Below are positions 12,801 through 24,769 of a stretch of DNA of 64,000 bases, in pieces. The notes under the pieces were generated by a model. The model was not told where the DNA came from and did not search any database. It saw nothing but the letters and a program-made list of their open reading frames with translations. The translations under genes and the position numbers were made by a program. This DNA comes from Octopus vulgaris (lineage: Eukaryota), in contig OX597815.1 in assembly GCA_951406725.2 (NCBI GenBank), forward strand, positions 21,576,001 to 21,640,000, in the 5' to 3' direction. Each line of letters begins with the position of its first letter. Positions within the stretch are counted from its first letter, which is position 1.

Positions 12801-14300
12801 GAGAGAGTTGAGAATATTCTTCACAATGAACTTAATATTGGTGAAGATTTCTGCTCACACCTGATCAAAAGCACACCAGGCTGATCACATCACGAAAAAG
12901 TCTGACATTGCTTGTGAAAGATCCAGCTGGTTTCCTTGAACATTTCCTAAGTGGGGATAAATATTGGGTTCATCACTATGAACCAGAGTCAAAGTAACAA
13001 TCCATGCAGTGGAAACACTCCTCCTCATCTGCTCTAAAGAACCCTGAAAAGGGCAACACCATCAATGGAGAGTACTACGCCAACTTGCTGAGGCAGTTAT
13101 GAAAGGCTATCAAGACCAAACACCCAGGAAAACCGATGAAAGGGGTCGTGTTTCTTCAGGACAGCGCTCCAGCACACAAGTCGCTGGTTTCAATGGCTGA
13201 TATGTGTGACTGTGGCTTTGAACCAGTTGATCACCCTTCTCATTCTCCTGATTTGATTCCATCTGGTTTAATCTGTCCCACAACATGAAAAACACTTGTT
13301 TCAACAGTTTTATGCCATATGGCAGATTTATCAGGTCCAGGATGGACTCATATTGCTTGATCTGTTTGGATCAGTAGATCCATCCCTGAACTAGACCATT
13401 TTTGTTTCCACAATACCCGGAGCTGCAGAATGTTAGTTATGTCCCCTATTTCGACGAGATATCTGCTGTTGATGACATCTTTGACCAACAGAACGAAAGG
13501 ATCTTCACGAATGGGGTCCAGGCACTGCAATACCGACGAAAGAAGTGTGTGGGCCGCAAGGGGACAATGTTGAAAAATAAACGATATTTCGTCACATTCC
13601 TGAGAGTTGCAGGATATGCACCATGTGATGAACACGATCAATGTTTTCCTCGGTGTTGATAGTTGCTGGGTGTTCAGATGGGTCAAGGTCAAAACTCACG
13701 CTTCCCCTCTTAAATTCCGGTGCTGTTGTGGTTGCGGCGACGGTATCGGCAGATGTTGTGGTTTTGTTTCTCTTATATGTAGGCAGAAAACAATATGATC
13801 GTTTGTGCCACTACGCAAATAGCACCTTGCCTTATAAGTTTCAACAGTTTTCTGCCATATGGCAGATTTATCAGGTCCAGGATGGACCCATATTGCTTGA
13901 TCCATTTGGATCAGTAGATCCATCCCTGAACCAGACCATTTTTGTTTCCGCAAAACTCGGAGCTGAAGAATGTTAGTTATGTCCCCTATTTCGAAGAGAA
14001 TTAAAACTATCAACCAGCAGATGGTTACTTCTAAGGGCACATCGACAATCTTTATCTTACTATTATTTAGACAAAGTAGATTCGTATGAGGAGTAGTTCG
14101 TCACTCATTAGTGCTGTTGGGGAGAGCTTACTGACCTCATCCTCAGTCGGGATTCTCACTTTTACCGTGCCATATTTTTTCCTGTAGCGACGTGCGTTTT
14201 GGTGCTTTTGCTGCTGTGTCGTTTGCTCTATTTTCTAGCCTTTTATTACTATCATTTTATAAGTTACGGTTTTCAGATTGGTTTCTTGTTGAATTGCCAG
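9830..14300 (-). mobile_element. Decayed Tx1/L1-clade LINE (ORF1 remnant ~13620-14250, ORF2 RT ~10000-11880), interrupted by a mariner
   Basis: RT segment DNLQL...GGVLIKLYQSK...AAMYSDICSVVRVIGHL...SQGCP...SAYMDIIIF, plus a C-terminal CPxCxxxxETxxH-like knuckle at ~10420-10480. The ORF1 remnant carries CYLRSGTNDHIVFC (CCHC-like). Confidence 0.8.
12351..13610 (+). mobile_element. Degenerate mariner transposon nested in the Tx1-like LINE
   Basis: Starts TA-TGAAGGTGGGCTGAAAAGTTC. Frames give MNKIWHRGVIKYLQKKG, KWAAEFKRG, WVHHYEPESK, TINGEYYANLLRQL, QDSAPAHKS, HPSHSPDL and KKCVGRKG...EK-stop. Right TIR missing. Confidence 0.9.
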
Positions 14301-14559
14301 TACTGGTCCACGGTTCACTACTGGTCCGTGACCTGGTATTGGTCTGAGTGGCTAAGGCCTCCTGATTAGAGCACTCCTCGTTACCAATACTCGATCCAGG
14401 ATTTTTTAAAGTTATCCATAGTAGGCCGTGACCGGAAAGTCTTTTGGAACAGGTGATCCAATTCGTTTTCGTCGACGCTTAAAGCTTTTCAGAGAACATC
14501 GTCGATCTTTTCTGCCATTAATTCTTTATAGATTTCTAAACAAGAACTTCTTCTGATCC

Positions 14560-15060
14560 TATTATCCGACTGATGAGCTAAGGAAAGGCGTGCCACACGA
14601 ACGGCGGTCACACATGCTAATCATCCAGGTGTCTTGAAGGTGGAGCAACTTGAGCATGTGCTTGTGCATTAGCGGCCACGATATGCTTAACCTGCCACGC
14701 AAAGGGTGCTGGCATTCGTCCCTTGGAACGCATTCATTTCGTAAGAAGCTGAAGAGCTTTCCAGTCTGGTCAAGCGGAAACTGGGGCACAGCACACTGGC
14801 CAGACGATAAACTATAATGGAAACGAGGTAAGTTTTCAGGAATAGCTTCTTATCGGCCGATTTCTGGATAAGACTGACTATCTTACTCGTAATCTCGTTA
14901 CTAGTTCTGGTTTACAGTGAGGTCGGGGCCAAACAAAGTCCGTCAGCCCAGTATGTATTTGCCTCTCCAGGTGTCGAGTTGTAAGCCTGTTGTCTGGATT
15001 GATTTTTGCTCCTGTCACCTCCTTGTATTTCTTCAGAACGGTGTCGACCATCTCAGCTTC
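14560..15060 (-). mobile_element. Second Tx1-like LINE ORF2 fragment
   Basis: VLKKYKEVTGAKINP and CQHPLRGRLSISWPLMHKHMLKLLHL match the post-RT region of the same family as 9830-14300. Confidence 0.7.
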
Positions 15061-15500
15061 GGGATTGTGATATGATGAGGAATGATGATGACGATGATGA
15101 TGATGATGGATTCAAATTTTGACATAAGGCCAGCAATTTTTGGGAGTGGGGTATTATATTGACCCCTGTGCTCAGCCAGTGCTTATTTTCTCGACCCCGA
15201 AAGGATGAAAGGCAAACTCAATCTCGGTGGGCTTTGAACTTAGAAAATAAAGTACCAGAAGAAATACCGCTAAATATTTTGTCCGATTCGTTAAAATTCA
15301 GCTAACCTGCTGACTAAATGGAGGCAGTGGTAGAGGTGGCGGTGGGGATGATGATGATGAGGATGATGATGATGATGAACTTTTATTATTGCCACAAAGA
15401 TGAGGAACGAGGTGATATTACAAGGAGAGTTTACAAAAAAATATGGCGACTTGTATATATATATATATACAAAAAAAAAATCTTATGGTAAATGTTATAC

Positions 15501-15747
15501 CTTTTTGAAATGCCTTTGAAAGCTTGTTGTAGTAGCAGATGTAGTGGGAAAATTAGTTGTCTTAGTAGTAGTAGTTATAGTGGCAGTAGGTTCATTATTA
15601 ATTGACGAATTGTGCGCTGCAATGGCAGCAGTAGATGTAGTAGCAGAAGCAGCGGCAGCAGCAGTCACATATTTTGGCGTGTTGGGCTGCGCAGTTGACG
15701 AGTTCAACTTGTTCCCCGCTGCCAACGAAGAATTGGACAGAATTTTC
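15501..15747 (-). CDS. IB-domain protein, coding exon 3 (Ser/Thr/Ala-rich mucin-like stalk)
   Basis: Acceptor ttgtgtattgcag in phase 2 matches exon 2. Open for 247 nt: (R)KILSNSSLAAGNKLNSSTAQPNTPKYVTAAAAASATTSTAAIAAHNSSINNEPTATITTTTKTTNFPTTSATTTSFQRHFKK. Ends at AAG|gtataa (phase 0), or reads into V-stop at 15495 if unspliced. Confidence 0.8.
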
Positions 15748-16675
15748 CTGCAATACACAAACTATGCATGACATTACACAAGCGAACTGGGGACACATGA
15801 TTCAAAGATGTTAATAGCTATATGATAGGCTGTGGCATTAAAAAAAACAACAACAAAAAACACCCCCCCCCAAAAAAAAAAAACCCAAAAAGCCCCCCAA
15901 AAAACAACAAAAAACAAAAAAAACATATGAAGCACGCATGATAATTCAATGAAAGTGTGCAATAGCATTTTTAACGTAATGAACGGGCGCGAATGTCAGC
16001 ATTAATAATTCAATGACAGACTATGTAAATGGTAAAATGCTTATAGTATTGCAAATTAGGGACTTGCAGGAGAAATTTAGAAGCTGTAATGAAGTCTACG
16101 CGTTTACAAATCTGAATGGAACACTATAAACTATCAACGTGTATCATAACAAACTGTATAAATTTCTTAGTTCTAGAAAATGTAATCATTGTTTTTTCAG
16201 TTCACAATGTTTATACATATTACAATATCTATACACACTGCCAATATCTGAATATTTGAAAGAAAAGAACAACAGTAAACTCCTCTGAAGCTCACCACAT
16301 TTTCAAAATAGTTCTAAATGCATCCTTTTTTCCTTTCAAGTTCCAAAAGTATCTTAAATAATTATTTCTAAATTCTAAATAGCCAAAAGATGTTCTAAAT
16401 TTTGCAACAATTTAACAGAATTCAGTTTTCATCGTTGCAATAAAGTAAGATATTTTGTTAACATCTTCTGATAGGAAATGATTAGTTTAGATTAAAGGTT
16501 TCAATAAAATTATCAGCACAGTGCACCAAACTTTGTTAACTCCGATAGCAAAAGTGAAACTGCATAACATCAATCCAAAAGCACACAAACTATCTGTAAT
16601 CTCTGGCTTCTGCTCAACTCCTCAATAGCTTGTATATATATATATATATATATATATGAGGAGGAGGAGGAGGAA

Positions 16676-17007
16676 ACCCCCCACTTCGGTCATGAATGAC
16701 CATGGGATTGCACCTAGAAAGTTACCCTCCGAGGCACAAGTCAGGGCAAGGTTGTTTATGGAAGGCCAGCATTCACTCATGCATAACAGCCTCCCTTCTC
16801 CACGCCACCAGTGTTATTCCAAGGGAAAGGCAAAGGGGCCGATAGAGCTTGGCACTAGTGATGTCGCAACTAATTTCTGCAGCTGAGTTAACTGGAGCAA
16901 CGTGAAATAAAGTGTCTTGCTCAAGAACACAACACGCAGCCCGGTCCAGGAATCGAACTCACGACCTCACGATCGTACGCTTTAACCACTGAGCCATGCG
17001 CCTTCAC
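16676..17007 (-). mobile_element. tRNA-derived SINE family D (inside intron 2 of the IB gene)
   Basis: Head TGAAGGCGCATGGCTCAGTGGTTA...GAGTTCGATTCC, followed by the CTTGAGCAAGACACTTTATTTCACG central-domain motif. Confidence 0.8.
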
Positions 17008-17108
17008 ACACACACACACACACATAATTAGAAAATGGGTTAGGGACAACTTATCTGGCGCTAAACGCTTTTAACACTAAAAAGCATAAAATTTCATTCA
17101 TTCCTCAC

Positions 17109-17195
17109 CTGGCATATCCTCTATACCAACATTTTCCAGACAGAGGTTCATCATACCAGAATCGATCCCAAAGGCAAATTAGTCCAGTTTGGCAT
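17109..17195 (-). CDS. IB-domain protein, coding exon 2 (completes the 12-Cys IB domain)
   Basis: Acceptor ttttttccccttcag, donor AG|gtgagg, 87 nt, phase 2-2. Reads (V)CQTGLICLWDRFWYDEPLSGKCWYRGYA(R), supplying the expected CxxGLxC...GxC end of the IB domain. Too short for the ORF track. Confidence 0.92.
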
Positions 17196-17587
17196 CTGAA
17201 GGGGAAAAAAAATGTATTGTTTTATGAGCCAATATAAAGAAATGTAATGTAGTTTTGTTTAATGCTTTAGAATAATGTTTAGTTTTCTAACTCTAACATT
17301 CGTATAATTATAATTATTATAATCATCTACTTCACAGTGATTCTTAATAGTTATTTATTGATTTCTGATTGGACTGATATTACTGCTACATGCACAAATG
17401 ATTTAATGACACCCAAAAGGAAACCATCCAAGTAAATAGCAAAGATGCGGCACCTGGGTCAAGTCTCTTCTACAATAACCCCGAATTGACCAACACCCTG
17501 CGAGTAGATTTGGTAAACGTAAACTGAAAGAAGCCCTGGCGATTCTTTTCCTCCGTCTTCCTTTTCTCTTGGTCTTTCCCTCTGTCA

Positions 17588-17626
17588 ATTGTTTCTGAAG
17601 AAGAGCTTGGCTCGAAATGTAAAATC
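17588..17626 (+). ncRNA. Degenerate minimal hammerhead motif in a Penelope-type terminal-repeat remnant
   Basis: ttt-CTGAAGA-a-gagc(ttg)gctc-GAAA-TGTA-aaa, followed by a pyrimidine-rich tail ending at (TA)n. Confidence 0.5.
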
Positions 17627-17725
17627 ACCTTTCTTTCCTTCCCTGAGCGTCTTCTAATACTTTGCGTGTACCATGTACCATGTCCATTGTTGTTCTTTTC
17701 TAGTGCTCTTTGTTTTTTGGGGATT

Positions 17726-17785
<60 letters not shown>

Positions 17786-17786
17786 G

Positions 17787-17823
<37 letters not shown>

Positions 17824-18094
17824 TTGTATGTATGTGTATGTGTGTATGTATGTATATGTGTGTGTATGTGTGTGTATGTCTTTGTGCTTGTACTTGTCTC
17901 CCACCACCGCTTGACAACCGGTGTTGGTTTGTCTATGTCCCCATAGCATAGCAGTTTGGCCAAAGAGACCGATAGAATAAGTACCAGGCTTGAAAAGCAA
18001 AATAAGTTCTGATGTCGTTTTATTAGACCAAACCCTTCAACGAGGTGCCCAGCATGACTACAGTCCAATGGCTGAATAAGGTGATAAAAGATGT

Positions 18095-18126
<32 letters not shown>

Positions 18127-18225
18127 TACTGCGTTCATAACTTTTGATGTGTATCAATAATATTAATTAAATGTCATTGAACTTGAATATGAAGAGAAGG
18201 TTAAACAAAAAAGAAACAATCTTAC

Positions 18226-18455
18226 ACAGTTCCGAACTCTTGGCATCTTTCACCCAGGGCAAGAGCACATTGTGGACAACAGCCGCAATAATCATAAACC
18301 ACTTCGCAATTTCTCTTTGGCAGTACTGGGCATTTGTAGGCTGTATTTGCTTGACAAGGGCAACCTGGTGGGGAAAAGCATGTCACAAAAGCAAAGCAAG
18401 CGCCAATGATATAAACATTTTGGAGGGACAAAACACCTGGAGGCTTCTTAATCAT
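18226..18455 (-). CDS. Single IGFBP(IB)-domain secreted protein, coding exon 1 (signal peptide + N-terminal part of the IB domain)
   Basis: Translates MIKKPPGVLSLQNVYIIGACFAFVTC-FSPPGCPCQANTAYKCPVLPKRNCEVVYDYCGCCPQCALALGERCQEFGT(V): hydrophobic leader plus the CGCCxxC IGFBP motif. Acceptor ttatttcgttgcag lies 7 nt before the ATG (exon starts 18462); phase-2 donor GT|gtaaga at 18226/18225. Confidence 0.92.
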
Positions 18456-18819
18456 TATATTCCTGCAACGAAATAAATAACTTTATTAAAAGCTTTTTCA
18501 TTGTAACTGACGACAACACTCGTTTTGCCACATTTAGACATAGAAACTGAAAAACGCTGACCGTTTGTGATAACGTTAATAAATCTACGTAGTATAACCG
18601 TCTGTCAAAATACGTTATGTAGAGAGTTGTGATAATTGTATATGATGTGATTAGCTGTGATAGCTAAAACAAAAAGTCACACATGATGGTAACGTAAAGC
18701 GAATAAAATTGTGATAAAGTATAACTGCGTTAATATATAACAATATCGAGTGATATCTTCGAGTTTATTTTATAATGTTAAAAATTGTGATAATACGTTG
18801 ATGGCAGCGGGTGATAATA

Positions 18820-18960
18820 TTAGGTTGTCCCAAAAGTTCGTAAACACTTGCGAAAATTGAATTTTTACTCGCCAAGTACTAACAAAAACAACAAAAATTA
18901 TTCCTCAAAATAAAGACCATTATTTTCCAAGACTTTCTACGAACTTTTGGGACAACCTTA
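18820..18960. mobile_element. Mariner-derived MITE (141 bp)
   Basis: TIRs TTAGGTTGTCCCAAAAGTTCGTA / TACGAACTTTTGGGACAACCTTA, flanked by TA. Confidence 0.9.
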
Positions 18961-19049
18961 TATAACTTATTGCGCAAAAATAACTTACGAGCTGTTTTTA
19001 CTACGAGATGGATTAATAGCTATGACACTAGATCCTTCCTGATTAATGT

Positions 19050-20560
19050 AACCAAATCAATTTGAATGTATGTTGGTAGAACTCGGCAGAATAAATGTGG
19101 GTAGGGCGGTGATTTCAGAAAACTGCATTTAGGGTAGGAATGATTAGGAAATGTCGAGTGCGAGATAGAAGGGGAAAGAATAAACTCATATGAGTTGTCT
19201 CTAGTGGTCTTGGATGACTGGGTGGTGAGGGCATCCAGTAAGACAGTTAATAGGAGCAGAGGCCATTGTAGTAGCGGTAGAAGACATATAGAGAACAGTG
19301 TGACAAGTGATCTAATGTTTGTAGCAAACTGTGAACGATACTTTGTTAACCAGCCAAATAGTTTTTTTGAATGCCATGTAGCAGCAGCCCTGTCCTCGAT
19401 ACTGCAATTTTGGATTAAGCTTTGTAATATGGTTCACGAATCAGCCACACATGGAGATATTAACATCCAGGGACGACTGGCATAATTCACGATGGATTGT
19501 TTGTGCGCCGTTTTTCATTCTTCATTGTTTTCCCTATATGTGCCGTGGTATGTAATTGTTTTCTTTGTGACTATTATGCATTTATGTTTTTAAGGGCGAA
19601 AGTTGGTTGTAGTTTTTCTTTTTTGAGTTGTTAGTAAAAGAGGTATTGGATTTGATATGTACTACTGTAAATCTTTTACTTTGGAGCTTGGTTTCTTGGT
19701 GGTCGATGCAAGGTTGGGGAAATTATGCAGTTGTATCTAGAGGTTGGTGGTAAGATGTGAATGTGATGTCATTTGCACATGAAGCTGTGAATGTTTTTGA
19801 AGAAGAAAAGATCATATACATAAAATGAATGTGAGGATAGATCTTGTGGTATCCCATTCGGGGTATAAAAGAATCTTGCAGGCGTTGCGGGTAAAAGCTT
19901 TTTAATAGAGAGAAGCTTTCCTCTAGCTGCAATAATCTTTGACTTTACTGCAGCAGTTTAGTTTCGAATAAGTTACTTATGGCTTTAGATGTGGCTTTGT
20001 TTCTATCGGATTGGCGAGACATACCGAACTTTACGGTCTTGGTCACCATCGTAGTTGTGTATATTCAAGCACATTTTTTGCCAGAAATAGTCAGAACAAA
20101 TTTCCAAAGCTCCGACTAGTATCTAACTTAATCAAAGGATCCAAATGGTGATAGGCTCTTATATTTTAGGAAGTGAAGAGTTGAGCTAAATTTGACTTTG
20201 ACCAAAGAATCTGATAGGATAAAACAACGGTGATGGTAAAAAAAAAGTCTCTGTAGTGAAAGCGGTTGAGGATGTTTGAAACGTCTGTGTATCAATGCAG
20301 ACAGTACGGAATAGTAAACGATTTGTCCTCTATTTCTGCTGTGTCTGTGCAAGATAATAGGGTATAGTTTACTAGCTGTGATATATTATGTTGCAGCCAA
20401 TTGTGTTGCACGGACAGTTGTGATACGCCGTATAATGATATATGGTATCCCACTTGTAATAATATATCCTCTGAAATAGCTTGTAAGTTACTGAAAAATG
20501 TGCAGTTGCTATGGTTGCTAAGAATGCTAAAACACAACATTAGATTAATGCTCATTGATT
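19050..20560 (-). mobile_element. Heavily decayed retroelement, possibly the N-terminal half of a Penelope-like ORF
   Basis: Coding-like composition with many stops; the fragment LVKVKFSSTLHFLK resembles PLE N-termini. Assignment weak. Confidence 0.3.
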
Positions 20561-21279
20561 TATGATTAAAATTTCGCCCAGGTCAATTTGAACTTTCGTT
20601 CTAACTCGAGTTTCAACAAGACAGATATTGAATAAAATTTAAAGAAATAAGATGCAATAGACAATCAAATTTTTTCCAGACAAGATTTACTAGAATTATT
20701 TTCAGACTAAAATGGAGCAGACAAGAGCGGGGATCTTAATTGATTATTTACAGTAACAATTTACACCAGAATCGAAAGAAAAAAAACCACAAAAAAAAAA
20801 AACTACCAGTAGTATATTGTAATATAATCGCGTGAAACGATTATACGTCATCATCTCATATAATTTGCTTTATTAATTTTTGTTGAAATCTGTTGTATTT
20901 ACATTGCAAACACTACTTGGGAACAAAGAGTTGCAAACAATGTAAAATCAGATAGAAGCAGGGGAAAAACAAATAAAAATGTAAAAAAGGTAAAAAAAAA
21001 GAGGAAGGATAGGAAAGAAAGAAAGAAATGAAGGAAGAAAGAAAACTTCTATTCAAATTGTGGTTTGTATTAGACGTCTGGTAAAACCCGTCAGCTAAGA
21101 TGAAAGTAAATTAAATTAACTAATACGGAAAAACAAATAATTTTTAATGAAACCGACCATCGGAGGGTTTGTTTGTAGTTTCGTTCGTAGAATGGACAGC
21201 AAAGATTCAACCAATAAGTAAATAAGTGAGTCACCTCTTAAATGATACAAACCTCAACTGTCAACTGTCACGAACAGTT

Positions 21280-21321
<42 letters not shown>

Positions 21322-21584
21322 CACCGCTGCCGCCGCCATCGCTGTTGCTGCTGGTGCTGCTATTATTATCATTATATAAAGGATGGAATATTTTCTTTTT
21401 GTCGTTTTAACCGTTTCGTACAGTACACAACCAACCCGTCCATGCCCACCATGTTCCGTGGTCTCTTGAGATGATTTCTGTTGCATGCGAGATGAGAAGA
21501 GGCTACTAAATTGAAGCTCAACCATCATCCGTTTCTATAGGAAAGGAACATGGTGAGTGTGCCCCACGAACCTTTCACAGCACA

Positions 21585-21586
<2 letters not shown>

Positions 21587-21644
<58 letters not shown>

Positions 21645-21664
21645 GAGAGAGCGAAAGAGAGAGC

Positions 21665-21717
<53 letters not shown>

Positions 21718-21752
21718 CGAGAGAAAGAGCGAGAGAAAGAGCGAAGGAGAGC

Positions 21753-21786
<34 letters not shown>

Positions 21787-21830
21787 AAACGATAGATAGA
21801 TAAATAGATAGATAGATAGAGAGAGAAACC
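21587..21830. repeat. (GA)n / (GATA)n microsatellite
   Basis: Direct reading. Confidence 0.95.
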
Positions 21831-22698
21831 GACGCAGTACTTGATTAGGGCTTTATTTTACCGACCCCGTAACAATGAAGGACAAAGTAGGCTTTTTTCA
21901 GTTCATCGGAGCAATAATTACTAGCTATTGATCCGACTCTCTAACGATTATGGTGGACAAAATGTTATGCCGCGTTTCGTTAAGTCTCTCTGTGCTCTCA
22001 GATAAAATTCTCGGCGAAGTCAGCGCAGTCTTTCTTCTCCCCGTGCTCTGTAAATATAAATAGCCATATATAGACCTTACTTGACTATATACACAGTTCT
22101 TAAGTATTTCGGCCCTTTCTGCTTTCATAAAAGTGAAGATGAACCAAGGCTCAAAATTGTCATCAATATCCTTTATTATAGCTCTTGTGTTGCGGTGCGC
22201 AAACATAATGGTACGAGCTTTTACTAGCTCGACGGCTTTTTTTTTGGTTTCGTTCTTGTTTTGAATGTTACACACTGATGGTTTCATAGTGCCAATCTCG
22301 ATCAATGATATAGAAGTGATTCAACACATCAGCCTGGACTGTTCACAGTTACTCTTTTGCGGGCATGAAAAACCATTGTGGCTTTCAAGATACATAGATA
22401 TATATGTTGCTTGATTTTTCTCGCTATTCGGTAAAAGACCGAGGTATGGATGCATCTGTCTTTGTCACATAGGTTTGCCAAACAGGTTTTTTCTTCACCC
22501 GTCTGTCTGAAGGAGATTCATTCAATGAAGAAAATCTGAAATCGCTTTACTCATTTCTTAATTCAAACTTTCCATTCACTCCTTTGATTATTGAAATGTG
22601 TGTGTGTGTGTGTGCTTGAGAGAAAGAGGGAGAGAGAGAATGTATATGTGTCGTGCTTGTGTCATTGCTGTTATCGTTAATCGTATCACTTAAATTGT

Positions 22699-22827
22699 TA
22701 CTACTACTACTACTACCACCACCACCACCACCACCACTACTACTACCACCACCACCACCACCACTGCTACTACTACTACCACCACCACCACCACCACCAC
22801 CACTACTACTACTACTACTACCACCAT

Positions 22828-22904
<77 letters not shown>

Positions 22905-22905
22905 A
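22699..22905. repeat. (CTA)n/(CCA)n compound trinucleotide repeat
   Basis: Direct reading; explains the poly-L/P/V ORFs. Confidence 0.95.
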
Positions 22906-22939
22906 TCGAGAAACCGATTCACTTATTATAACCGCTCGG

Positions 22940-23650
22940 AAACAAGCCACTAGAATCAATTGATAAAGGCAAAGATTGATAAAATTCATTCAGTCAGAGA
23001 TTAAAACACAATCTGTAGAAAAGGAGACGAAAGTATTAAATGAATGCAATGAGCTAGTACAAAAAGTGGGTAGGCGTACGTATGACTGTGTCGATAAAAT
23101 AGTGACTTGCGATGATAGCCGAGTGTGTGGATTCAAAGTGATGGAAAAAAGTGGTATGAACACAAACCAGAGGGTGTGATGGTGGTTAATAATTTGTTGA
23201 TTTTTATGGAATTTCATCATAAGGATTGACTATACTGGATGCAGGTAAATGAGACATGTTTGTAGAGAACATGAAAAAACATACAGTGTAGCATGTAAGA
23301 CTATTGACTTTGCAATACCATTTTGATAATAGAGTGGATATTAAAGAAATTGGGAATATCGAGCTATATCAGAATCTAGCCAAAGAGATGAAGACATAAT
23401 AGAAAACAAAGCTGACAATTGTTCCTGTGATAATTGGTGCACAACAACCAAACTTCAATCTATTAAACGAAGGTTGTTAGAATCGACGCACGAATTGTCA
23501 ACTTGCAGATAAGTGTCATGCTGTATTTTGCCAGAATCCGAAGAAAGATTCTTGACATTTGAGGACACTTGTTGCCACCAAGCAGCAGCAGCAGCAACAA
23601 CAACAACAACAACAACGACGACGACAACAACAACAACAACAACAACAACA
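22940..23650 (+). mobile_element. R4/Dong-clade (restriction-like endonuclease) LINE 3' end
   Basis: Decayed ECxxLxQK...RHD, WDF, IDFAIPFDNRVDIKE...YQNLAKEM, IVPVIIGA and ARIxRKILDI-stop; (CAG)/(CAA)n tail. Confidence 0.8.
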
Positions 23651-23936
23651 TTTCTGTAGTGTATATATGAGTTTTGAGGAAATGGGAAATTGTTGTTCGT
23701 TTATTCTTGCATCATGAAATATTTGTAAATTAACTTTTAATTGATTTAGGCTTTAGATTGTTCGATATTAAAGAAAAGTAGCGACATCTTTTATATCAAA
23801 CTTGCGACTTTTTTTTTTAATATAAAACTACCTACAGAAGGCGGCGAGCTGGGAGACACGTTAGCGCGCCGGACGAAATGCTTAGCGGTATTTCGTCTGC
23901 CGTTACGTTCTGAGTTCAAATTCCGCTTCACAAAAA

Positions 23937-24001
<65 letters not shown>

Positions 24002-24065
24002 ACATATATAACCATATATATATAATATAAATAATGTATATATATATAAGTAATGTATATATATA

Positions 24066-24140
<75 letters not shown>

Positions 24141-24413
24141 GCATATATGAGGCATATATGAGTACATGACGTCACCAACAGTAAACAACATGAAATACGA
24201 AAACAAATGAGTTAAATACGCAAACAACGAGACAAACGAATGGAAAACAGGACAAGTAACATAAAGAACGACCCTTTATCAGTTGTCGGCTGTCTATCTA
24301 CTCCTCATTTCGAGCATTGAACGGCAATATGAGTCTTCGAAGACAGTTGCTCCCATAAGTACCAAAATATAATTTGAGAGTTATTGAGGGTCGCCTCGCA
24401 TCCATCCCAAGTA

Positions 24414-24467
<54 letters not shown>

Positions 24468-24769
24468 TGTAACACAGTATCGATTCCATTGTGTAGTATC
24501 TTGGGCAAATGCTATTTTTTCTATAGAGTGGAGTTAACTCATACCTTGTGAGTGAAATTGAGGAGACTGAAACCGTATAGGAGCTCACCATCTGGATTGA
24601 ATCTAAAACTCAAAGGTATTGCCATGTCATGTACTATGTCTCACTGATTCTGCCTGAAAATTACGTTAAATGTGTCAGAAGCATGTTCAGATATATATAT
24701 ATATTGCAATATATAGTTGGCCTTGATGGTATTTGAAATCTGAACGTGATTAGATACAGCAATTATTAT

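Noticed and set aside
14569-14595. CTGATGAGCTAAGGAAA hammerhead-like string
   Set aside because: No stem II or stem III pairing and no cleavage triplet; lies at the edge of a LINE fragment.
15598-15798. Cys-rich ORF MCPQFACVMSC...CDCCCRCFCYY
   Set aside because: Alternative frame of the (GCT/ACT)-rich exon 3; the phase from exon 2 selects the S/T/A frame.
16500-16600. Minus-strand LCAFGLMLC segment as a possible IB exon 2
   Set aside because: Wrong phase for the exon-1 donor; the 17195-17109 exon fits phase, splice signals and cysteine pattern far better.
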